The translations under genes and the position numbers were made by a program. Of a stretch of DNA of 64,000 bases, positions 37,265-47,540 are shown one piece after another. Within the stretch, counting starts at the first letter, position 1. The number at the start of each line of letters is the position of its first letter. Source of the stretch: Rhizodiscina lignyota (taxonomy: Eukaryota). The stretch is taken from NCBI GenBank assembly GCA_010015805.1, contig ML978132.1, positions 62,001 to 126,000 of the forward strand, given 5' to 3'. The notes under the pieces were generated by a model, which saw only the letters and a program-made list of their open reading frames with translations, searched no databases and was not told the origin of the DNA.

Positions 37265-37469
37265 GGTGAGATGGCCGAGTTGGTTATGGCGTGTAAGTTT
37301 CCATTACGCACTAAACAATTAGTCCATGTCCTGACAACCATACAGCAGGTTAAGGTTATACCTTAATACGACTCTCCTGATGGGGTAATCCCGCGTGGGG
37401 TATGTTAACTCGTCCAAATTTATAATACATTATTCTAACTAGTGAAAAGTTCGAATCCCACTCTCATCA
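37265..37469 (+). tRNA. tRNA-Leu(AAG) with one canonical intron (37356-37374) and two spliceosomal-type introns (37293-37345, 37400-37449)
   Basis: Joining exons 37265-37292, 37346-37355, 37375-37399 and 37450-37469 gives an 83-nt cloverleaf: acceptor GGTGAGA/TCTCATC+A, A-box TGGCCGAGTTGG, anticodon stem TCAGG/CCTGA with loop TT-AAG-GT, a long variable arm, and T-arm GTGGG-TTCGAAT-CCCAC. Confidence 0.9.
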
Positions 37470-37475
37470 TCATTC

Positions 37476-37483
37476 TTTTTTTT
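37476..37483 (+). terminator. Oligo-T RNA polymerase III terminator
   Basis: A run of 8 T begins a few nucleotides after the tRNA discriminator base. Confidence 0.75.
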
Positions 37484-37652
37484 GCCCTTTTCTCCGTCTC
37501 TCTCAGACTCATGGCAATCTTTGAGTCTTTTAGCCTTTTGGCTCTATAGCCTCTTGCTCTATATATATATCTCTCTCTGGAGGTGCAATTCGAGACGAAG
37601 ATCATCTTATTTTGCTTCATTTTGATGAAGGTTGTGTGTGTGCCATGAGATA

Positions 37653-37694
37653 GCCCCCCTGCCCCCCCCCTTCTTTTTTTTTTTTTTTTTTTTT
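37653..37694. repeat. Poly-C/poly-T homopolymer tract
   Basis: C runs followed by a ~20-nt T run. Confidence 0.85.
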
Positions 37695-38268
37695 TGGCTC
37701 TGCCGTCTCAACTGATGACCTCCACATAGAACTTCACCACTTTCCTTCAGGTGCTCAATTCAAATCTTTAGTAGACTCGATTCACTAATTGTCAGTAAAC
37801 CAGCAATTATACCAGGACGTTCTCAAAAAGGCGTTCAGTCACTATCAGCATAAGTTAATTCCATCCGGAGAGGATAGATATGATGCTCTCTCACAAAGAC
37901 CTACTTTATAAGAAGCTATGTCGGGAAGCTCGACTAACGGAGTCCACTTCCCCAGTACACACAGTCTTAAGTGACGAAACCCTAAGCCACCGACAGTTCG
38001 TGGTATGATGCAACACCACCAAGGGTGCAACATCATTCTCATATTACAGCCCCGGTGTCAGTGTTCGCATTGATCATGAGTTCACGTTCCTGCACTTCAA
38101 CACCCTGCCCTCTATTTAAATCAGGGCTCATTAAGATTCTCCCACTTTGCAACTTCAAATCCATTCATCAAAGCAGGCAACAAGCACGACAGGTTGCATC
38201 TGCAAGCTTGATCAAAGTCTATACACACAACACCTTCAAGCAATTACCCGCATCACAAACCGAACACG

Positions 38269-39036
38269 ATGGCCTTTGGCGGCGTTCGTGGCATACCCAC
38301 GGGTCCCAATGGAACTCTGGGGGTCGTCATCAATGGTATGATGATCCCCCTCGAAGTATTTCAAGCCTCCGGGGCGAACCCTTGTAAACACCTCGTCCGC
38401 GAGGATTCATATTGCTTTAAGGGATGCTACGGCCCTGGTCCGGGAGGAATGTTCGCCGATATCCTAGGCAGAGACCCCATGATGGGTAGAGGAAGAGCGG
38501 GTGGTGGCATGATGGCAGGGGCCCAGTTCGTGAACCCTCGAGAACCACGCATGATGGACCCGCGACTGGATATGGGCCATCAAGAAGATCCGACAATAAG
38601 GTTTCTGAACCCTCGAAGCCCGAGATTGTTGGACCACATAGCGAGCATGCACCCGAGAGACCAAGAAATTGCGTGTGCGCGAATGGGTATAAGTCCATGT
38701 CCGTTTGTGGGTGTACCGTTAGGTATGCGCCGTCCAGATCCGACGATGATGGATCAACGAATGGGTATGGGGCCTCGAGACCCGAGAATGATGGATCAGA
38801 GAATGGGTATGGGGCCTCGAGACCCGAGAATGATGGCACAAATGGGCATGCGTCGTCCAGATCCAAGAATGATTACCGAGCAGTACGGCATGGATCCGGA
38901 GGAGCTTGACGAGCTCACGGGTCTGGACCCTCAACCTGTAGATGATCTGGGTCTAGGGATCTATGAAGGCGACGGATTTCCTCCTCGGGGTCGCGGCTTC
39001 AGGCGTCCATTCAATTACCTCGAACGGGGATACTGA
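38269..39036 (+). CDS. Met/Gly/Pro/Arg-rich low-complexity protein with tandem repeats
   Basis: Intronless 255-aa ORF with 42-bp repeats encoding MMDQRMGMGPRDPR; TATTTAAA upstream at ~38113. Confidence 0.65.
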   Translation: MAFGGVRGIPTGPNGTLGVVINGMMIPLEVFQASGANPCKHLVREDSYCFKGCYGPGPGGMFADILGRDPMMGRGRAGGGMMAGAQFVNPREPRMMDPRLDMGHQEDPTIRFLNPRSPRLLDHIASMHPRDQEIACARMGISPCPFVGVPLGMRRPDPTMMDQRMGMGPRDPRMMDQRMGMGPRDPRMMAQMGMRRPDPRMITEQYGMDPEELDELTGLDPQPVDDLGLGIYEGDGFPPRGRGFRRPFNYLERGY

Positions 39037-39356
39037 TGAGTTCAGCATACGAGCTCGGCGAATTATGCGGAATGCAACTTTGGATGTCCTTTAGCAACAA
39101 TTCGGCGTTGGAAACTTGGAAGAATCAGCATCCAAGACAATAGGGATATTTAATGAGTTGGTTGATGGGTCGTCATATTGTTCAGGTATATCGACGAACG
39201 TTGGTTCTGCTGGGCTTCTTTGAGAGACATGGTTCAAAGGACAAAGAAAATGAGCAAAGAACATACCGAATGCAGAAATTGGACAATGGGAACAAATTTC
39301 ACTTTGATATTTGTCATGTCTAACTTTCAAGCGCCATTGAAATGCGTGTGCCCGAG

Positions 39357-40626
39357 CTAGTCGTAGTACTTGACCTTGATGCCCCCGACTACAGCCTTCT
39401 CTTTGAGACCCCCTTCAACGGCCTTGTCTGAGTTACCCTTGACACGGGCTTTGACCCAGTCACCAGCCTTAATTCCTGCGGCTTTCTCATCGCCCTCTAA
39501 GCCCAAACGCTTCAGTAACGGGCTGTCAAGCGACTTCAATGTAGTATCGCCTGACGGGCGGGCAAAGTACATCAGGCCGAGGCGATCCAGATGTGCCTGG
39601 TCTGGAGGCGGCGCCACGACGCGGTGGATACTGCTCTTAAGGTATCCGTTCGTCCAGAATTGCAGGACATCGGCAATGTTGACCGTGATACTTCCTGGAT
39701 AAGGCTTCACCCACTTCCAGGTTCCATCTCCTGTGCGGATCTGGAGAGCCGCAATCGGCTGACGGAAGAGGAGTGTCTGCGAGTCTTGTCAGAGAGCCTG
39801 CTTTAAATCTCATAACGCCCATGGAATCACATACCAGGCTTCCAAAGTCAGTGTGACCCTTTGAGTAAAGATTCTGGTACTTTTCATTCTCCTCGGCGGT
39901 GCGTGCGCGATATGTAATGTATCGAAGATGGCACTCGCTGACGTCGTCAAACTTATGTGCGTTGAGGAGAGTGTCTTCCGGCACTTCTAAGATGATGGCG
40001 ATGAGACTAAGCAGCTTTGGAATAATGTCCTCTGCAATGTGACGCTGGAATCTTTCAATCTCGGGTCGGTTCTCGTTCACGATATCGACTTGTGATCGCT
40101 CCAGTTCCGGAATGAACTTGAACATGTTGTACATCTCGACATTGTCCCGAAGACCGGGGAATAACTCAATGGTGCCACGAGGACGATAGCCATTGTAGTT
40201 ACCGTGCTCGAGGTCCGCGCGATGCTTCAGTCTGTCCTCGACCGGAAGGTCAAAGACTTGCTTTCCAATGGCAAACTGGCGGTCGACTTCCTCCTGGGAA
40301 AGGCCAAAGTTGGTGATGTAGAAGAAGCCTTCACTATATCAGTTTTATACATCGGTCGTCGGACAGATCCGGACTTACCAACATTGTGGACGGCGTCTCG
40401 AAGCTGATGTGCTAGCTTCTCCTTGCCACCCGGAACGTCAAACTGTGAGAGATCGAGGGTGACAAGGTCGGCCCAATCCACTACTAGCAGTCAGTGACGA
40501 TCTAAAGCGCCACGATATTGTACTCCTGAACTAACATTCATACTTCGACTCGGCGACTTGCTGGTATTTTGGAATGGATTTTGGCGTCGAGGTCGGCACT
40601 CCAGGTGCTCTCTGAACTGCGGTCAT
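39357..40626 (-). CDS. 2-oxoglutarate/Fe(II) dioxygenase (IPNS/DIOX_N-like), multi-exon
   Basis: DWADLVTLDLSQFD, GHTDFGSL (HxD), LFRQPIAALQI, VNIADVLQFWTNGYLKSSIHRV and RLGLMYF. Confidence 0.9.
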
Positions 40627-42576
40627 GGTGAAGAATCAGGTGAGAATTGAATGTTAGAATGTCAACTATGGTACAATGGAACAATGAGATCAAAAGTAGA
40701 GTGGATGGAAGTCGCGGAGTAAGATTTGAGATGAACACGGCCCTTTTTTATGATTACCGAGCTTCAGCAATTTGGGTGATTCTTTAGAAGGAGTCTTTCA
40801 TCCCGCCCGCATTTAGTTCTGGAGGCCGATGGTGTAATCGCTCCAAGCCCAGCCGACTATCCGAACGACCACGCTCCTTTCCCCGCAAAGTCTGTGGAAC
40901 ATTGCGGGTGAAGCTAATGATTCTAGTGGTTTTCATGCATATTTAAGGACTACGATTCATGACTTCGGCGACGTTTGAAGCCTTTCGGCGGCACAGCCAG
41001 TCAAGTGGAATCCCTCGGGCTTCTCCAGCGACCGGTTTGCCACAAGGACAGCCAATTGTGTATCGCAACAGCGTGGAAATCTTGTTCCTGCGATCTGTAG
41101 AAATATGGCCGATGGCATAGTGGCCTCGATTGAGAGCTGGATCTCTTGGAGAGGGTTATTGATGGCTGGGTCGACGGAGCCGTAGAGAGCAGCTTCTGGA
41201 CTGTATGACCATGCCCAGACTCTTCGTGTTGGAGTATTCGCAGTTAGGGAGCTCATAGCAGAGTTGACAGGTGTTAGGACGCTGAGAATAACGGGGAGTG
41301 AAGTTGAGACAGGAGGTGATGATGAGCCTCGACGTTTATATAGAAGGGTCAAAGCGCACCTTGTTGCGGTGAGGCGCCTCCTCCCCCGCGCTCGGGGACG
41401 TAATTCTTGAACAGTTCGAGAGCAACGAGGCACTGCTTAAAGTTTGTGATACTGCACGACACGCTCCTTAACGCCATGCTTTAGATATAGGATACCTGGA
41501 GGCTCCTGTCGCTCAGTTTCAATTACGTCTCTCATATTTGAGTTCGAAAAATGAGCAAGACTGCGCATTAGAACAACACCTTTCAACACCAGACTTCCTG
41601 TGCATTAATTTTGATTTCAAACTCACAATCTCTCGTCACCGAGCATAACTCACCGCTAGGTCTCAAAAGATTCACAAAGCGCATATGTTTCTCTCCCTTT
41701 TCTCCACCTCATTCTGCTGCTAGCAGTAGTGGATGCAAATAGCCACATCGTCACCGTGAAAGGACGTGAAATATATATATTTGAAAAGCCCTATCTCGCG
41801 GTTAGCAATATGCGATCAAAGATCTATTAAGATCTGTGTCTTGAAACATATTACAAGACATCTCACGTGCTCTCAAGTCTCGACATGAAAGCGACAGTTA
41901 GAGCTTTTGGTCAAGATTCAAGATTCGCGAGCCACAAATGCCCTTGGCCTGCTCGGCTGCTGGCCGTTCTGTCCAGTCGGAAATTATGCTTCGAGCAAGT
42001 GCAGTGCTCTGCCTTTTGTTTACATTTCAAGAGCCCAGAGAGGTTTGGCAGAACATGTCGCTCCAGAGTCTGCCGAGGATCTGCCGAGAGGCCTTCCAAG
42101 TTCCTCCTCGCCGCGAGCGAACGAGTCGTGCAACGGCGCCCCTTTTCTACAATAATATCGAGAAGTAAATCTCCTAAGGAAGGCTGGGTAGGCAACTCCC
42201 TAACAATCTCGTATGGCAACTTCGCTAACGCGAGGAAGTTTCTTAGAAGTGCTAAGAGCGACTTTGACAGCGTGCCTCCGAAGCTGTGCGCTCGCTGGAA
42301 ACTAGCTCCTTCGTAGTATGGATAGTTATTTGACGGAAGTAGGCTGCTACGCTCTTCTTTCTTGAATAGTGATCAGCTATTATGATCTCACGCTGAGCCG
42401 TTACGAGATGGGTCTTAGTAAAGGCTGTGCAGACCGTGCTGCCCCAGTTCATGGAGGCGCAGTCACGATCCTGGACAGCTGCAGATATCTATAGCGCTTA
42501 TCCTGAAGCTTGCGGAGCTTTGGAACAGTTCGTACCTCAACCGCTCCAGAATCACCGGCCTTTGTGCTGTGTATCC

Positions 42577-44565
42577 ATGGATCCATTATCAATTACGACT
42601 GCAGTTGTTCGTTGACTCCACACACTCCTCGCATCTGTAGCTTGCTAATAAGTAGACGAGCCATTAGGCTGGGTTGATTTCCGGATGCCTCTCAGCAGCG
42701 CAAGGCCTTAACACATTACGCTCAAAATATAATAATGCAACTTTATCACTCGGGTCACTCTGCACTGAGCTCTCACTCACAAGTGCGTCACTATCGCAGA
42801 TTCAGGATCTGCTTGGGTTCTCTGGTGGTGCCGCCGTCCGCCCGGAGGTATTTGTAGCCTTTGATACTGCCCTGATCGGATGCACTGTGGTCCTGTCGTG
42901 TATCGAGGAAGAAGTTAGAGCTCTTTATAGCCCTGAGGTTGGAGTGGAGATGACATGTGGAAAGAAGTTGAAGATGGCCTTCAAGGACGACACAATAAAA
43001 GAGCTTGTGCATCAATTGCGAGGACAGCAGTCCGCGATTAACCTGCTCATCCAGACTGCACAAATGTAGGTTCGTCACTAACGGTGCCAATGACAACGAC
43101 GCTGATATTTACAAATTGTAGGCGGTCAATATCGGATATCAAGCAACTGCTTAAAGACAACGCTATCGTCCTCGAGCGGGTTGCACGTGGCACTCGATCT
43201 CTCAGGAGCTCACGTCCCCAACTGAATGCTCCGAAGTCCACGCTCACCTACAGCCAATCGGTGCATTGCAGCTCAACTGAGGAAACCGGATCCTCGATTG
43301 ACTTGAGAACGGAATTCGAATTCGACGATCTCGTTGTCAACTCACGTGTATATCGACGAGCTCTACAAGCGGCATGGAGAGCGCAACCACGTGCTCCTGG
43401 TGTCTCCGTTAGATCAAAGTTTCTTGAGGGCGATGGAGACGGAGAGCTCGACGGAGGTATCGACAGGCTGAGAGCAGCCAAATGTAAAAACGAGGCCGGA
43501 AGAGACTTCATCGACGTGACTAACACATATTGCCTGGAATCACCCAGCAATGGTAGCCAAGTGGGAAATCCAAAGGACTTGAAGGTGATCGACAGAATAC
43601 AAGACGAATCTCCGAATGACGAGGTCCATTCATCTCGCGTTGACGTGCTGAGATATAGCATGAACAATTCTACAGAATCAACAAAGAGAGCGCGAGCGGC
43701 AGAAGAGCCTAGAATTATCGTACCTGCAGCAAAGAGCTCCACTGACGCTGACGAGTCTGAATGCACTCCATCTGCTCGCATTCAAGAGAGGAGGGTAAAG
43801 ACCTTGCTGACACGATTATTGCGTCCGATTTCTACCGAAACGAAACCACGACAAAGGCGAACGTGCGCAGTCAACCAAGAAGGGAAATACGCTAAATCCC
43901 ACGTGAAATTAACTGCTGACGACGACGTCTGTCTAAGACGCCGGAGGATAGCGGCAAGCCTCAAGCTAGAGGGCGATGTGGATAGCCACGAAGTGTCTGT
44001 TCGTACCATCACTGCACATGAGTCCATTTTGATCCAATTGGTGGATCATGGTCTAGGCACCGAGCTCCTGGATGTTCTGTCTGAAGTGTTGCAATACGTC
44101 CCTTCGATCAGAACACTCTGGACGAATTTGTCATCTCTTCGTCAACGCCTAGCTACTTTCAGTGACTACATCTCGACAAACGGAGGTTCAGAAGCAGCCA
44201 GAGCTGTTCCCGACATCGTCGAAGAGGTTTTAAGCCTTGTCAGAAACATTCATGCCGCTATCAAAGATTTCAGTGGACTTGGCCTTGCCGGATCTATGGA
44301 CTCGAAGCTCATTGAAAACATCTCGCAGGAAGTCCAAGGATCTGTGCGCGCAGTCCAAGCACTGGCTGATAAAGTGGCAACTTTGGTTCCGAAAGACTTC
44401 GAAAACGAGTTCCGCACGTTCCAACGGCTCAAGTTTTTCGTAAGCAGAGTAATCGAGCTCTCGAAGGTTCGGGGGTTACTTGGATCTTTTGGCCGACCGA
44501 GCGGCATCGGTATGAATATGCAGTCTCGATGGGAGGGACGGCCCGCTCTGATCGATGCCCTCTGA
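42577..44565 (+). CDS. Protein with a fungal HeLo-like/STAND N-terminal domain (multi-exon)
   Basis: MDPLSITTAV|AGLISGCL...SLCTELSLTSASLSQIQ...LRGQQSAINLL followed by FEFDDLVVNSRVYRRA; the C-terminus is not recognised. Confidence 0.65.
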
Positions 44566-44966
44566 TCATATAGCGCTGAGCGCTTGCCGGTATCTTTTAA
44601 GATGTATGGGCACCCCGGTGGCGAGGAGGCCGCGGAAGGGTGATACTGTGTAAGGGGTCCTTTTTACAGGGAACTCAGAGTGTGTGGATGTGGACGAACA
44701 GGTGCCGTTCCGAGCGATGGAAAGGCCTTCTTCCACCCATTTGGCGCCGCTATATCCCTGACACCAGTGGCGATAACGAATGCACAACACCATTGGTCTT
44801 GATTCACCTCTTGAAGACATGTACGTATTATGTGAAGAGTGGATTATAAATTCTAACGCCAAAAACAGCTACCTTACGATACATTCCGGCTTTGATGAGA
44901 GATTGATGTCATTTCTCAATCGTGCAAACCAATCTAAATTCTAACGGTTCCAACAAATCGAGCTTG

Positions 44967-46473
44967 TTACACAATTGCGAAGAGTTTTCTCTGCTGTCGG
45001 AATCGAGCGAGAATGAGGAATGTAGATCCGAGGACGAGGGTTGCACCGGCGTACATAGAGAGTGGCAGGTATCCGCGGGCGACGAGCTTTCCTGCTATGG
45101 GCGCGCCGACAAGTCCCCTTAAACCATGGTCAGCTCACTTTCGTTGGAGATACGAGACAAAATAGCACATACGTGATAGTTGCAGCACCCATACCCAGTC
45201 CAACTGCAGTTCCAGCCGTCTGAGGTGTCGCCAGCTTGGTTGCACATGTCGATTGGAGACTTAAGATTGACTGGGGATTGTTAACCGAAGAGCATTCGAA
45301 TTGTTTTTGCAAATACATACACCAGACGCGAACCCGTAAGCTAGGGCCCAGACAACGAGTCCCCCAACAGTGTCTGCAGCAGTCATGCAGAATGCCACGA
45401 CGCCAGAGAACATCGCGACAAGGGAGAGGAGGTTGAATGGACCGTATCGATCAGCTAAAAAGCCTGGAAGGATCCTGCCGAACAAGGATGCGCCATTGGC
45501 GATCGACAAGAGATGAAAGGATAGGCCTGTCGACATCCCAATATGAGCCGCATATGAGGTGACGAAGAAAAGAGGTGTGAACAGTCCAAGGAACATGAAA
45601 GCCAGCCCACCGCATAAGAGAAGGAAGGTAACATTCTTGGCGATAGAGAGGTCTGCCTTTGGACGGGCGTCTTTGTGAGTTTCTCCAGGGCGACTTATGG
45701 TCGGAGGCGCTCGTACGAGAATGATGGCCACAATGACGACGGGAAGTATAACGAAGCCAACCACGCGTAGGGTCCAACCAAAGCTTAATCCATCTTCATT
45801 GAGAAGCTGATCCAGAGCAATTGGCCAAATAACACCACCGACAGAAGAACCGGAAATTGTAGCGCCGATGGCGAGGCCTCGATTTTTGACGAACCATTTG
45901 GATACCATTGCTACCACCGGGATCGTGAGGAAGGATACGCCGACTCCTTGCAAGAAGCCTTGGGCGAGAAAGAACTGGTAGTATTCTTTGCAAAGAGATG
46001 TCATGAAGACGCCGATAAGAGTGCATACGCTTCCGATGCTCAGCGGGAGCTTCGAAATAATCAGTCAAGTAATCTTTGAGGATGCGGAGGCATCACTTAC
46101 AAATGGTCCAGTCCGGTCTGCAAGCACACCAGCAATGGGTGCGAAGAAGAACATGGCAAAATTCTGGAATGAGCCGATCCAGGTAATGTCAAATGCCGAT
46201 TTGTCTCTCAATTGATGAGTCTGGTAGTATTCCTGGAATATACCGAATGCGTTCAAGAAACCGACTGAACAGGAGAGCGAGAGGAATGCGCCGATGAGAA
46301 CGGCACATGAACGGAAACTGCAGGTAGTTTAGCTTGAGGAATAGTTTAGTTAATTATTTGAGAACATCGTACTTCCATTCGTTCGTAGACTGGGTTTGAT
46401 ATTCTTCATCTACGCTCCCTTTCTCCTCAACCTTCGCCATTGGGAGTGGCTCAGGCACTGTTTTGTCCGCCAT
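44967..46473 (-). CDS. MFS monocarboxylate-transporter-family protein (multi-exon)
   Basis: GFLNAFGIFQEYY, WIGS, YQFFLAQGFLQGVG, KWFVKNRGLAIG...GSSVGGVIWP and GRILPGFLADRYGPFN. Confidence 0.9.
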
Positions 46474-47540
46474 GATGCTACGAAGTATTTCTGTGTCAGT
46501 GAACAGGGAGCTAAGAAAAATCTGATAAGATGTAATGCATTATATCAAGTTCACCCTCTTCACATCGTCTCCAGTTCATATATGGAAGCCTCATGAGTGT
46601 CCTGTTCCGTGGACTATCCTCGGACGCACCCAGGCAACGCCACAAGAGGTATAAATATTGATCACTCTTCGATGTGCCATCCATGGTACCTCGCATTTAG
46701 TGCTGCAAATCTTGCGGGTGGCCGCGTGCGAATAGTGCGAAGCACCAGCACGGCTGGTGTGTATTTTCCACCGGGCTTAGAACGTGCCAAACCCCTTCGG
46801 ATATCTCTTTTCTCTCTCTTTAGGTATTCATCTATAGTCTGAACAATTGCGAATACACTGTTATTTGAGCTCCTTGTTTGGCAATCTTCTCAATTTCGTA
46901 CATCTCCAGACCAACTATTCAATTTGCCGCGTGTAATAACCTCCAATCAGAAGAGTATCCTTGCTTCTAGGTTCCCAATCCTACACGCACATTAGTCTGA
47001 ATCCCGAATAGCGTTACCGACTAGCTTCAGCCTCCTCTAACGGCCACCTCGGAGTGTCCATGAACCGACCATGGACACTGTTCGAGATGTTTCCACTCGA
47101 CCTTCATGCAGATTTTCAGGTTTGAGTCATCGCGAATCTGATAAGATAGGTTGCAGGCAAACTATCTGCACGTTTCAGGGGTCTCAATTGTGCTGCTGAC
47201 TTGCCGTTTTGCCAGACTTTGGTCGGTGAGCGGAAAGGTCTTCACACCAGGTACTCCGAACTCAGCCGCGACTGTTCCCACGCGACGGACACCCAAGAGG
47301 CCAAGTGACTAGAAAAGACGAAATACTCTTCGTTAGTTTCACTGGTTACAGCGCACTAGCAGTCTAGACCAGAGGGCTGCCGTTGCTGTCGACGCTGAAG
47401 AATACGGACACGTGACCAAGCAAGGACGGACGTTTGGTGTGTCTTCGGCAACGATGTTCAAACCTTCAGATGTCGCTTCTCCAACACCGTCAGTACACCT
47501 CTCAAGAGTCTTCGATTTGATCCAAGATTATGACCGCGCA

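Noticed and set aside
37265..37469. The GT-AG inserts in the tRNA might be introns of an overlapping protein-coding gene
   Set aside because: No credible ORF spans the region on the + strand, and precise removal of both inserts restores two separate tRNA helices, which is unlikely to be coincidental.
37700..37800. TGATGA (C-box-like) motif suggesting a box C/D snoRNA
   Set aside because: No convincing D box, terminal stem or rRNA-complementary guide was identified.
20905..38870. CRISPR-like interpretation of the short tandem repeats at ~20905 and ~38745
   Set aside because: The repeats are in-frame coding units without unique spacers, in a eukaryotic genome.
40957..42452. Minus-strand ORFs of 66-158 aa between the dioxygenase and the HeLo-like gene
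   Set aside because: No recognisable motif or consistent exon structure; they may be degraded genes but cannot be supported.
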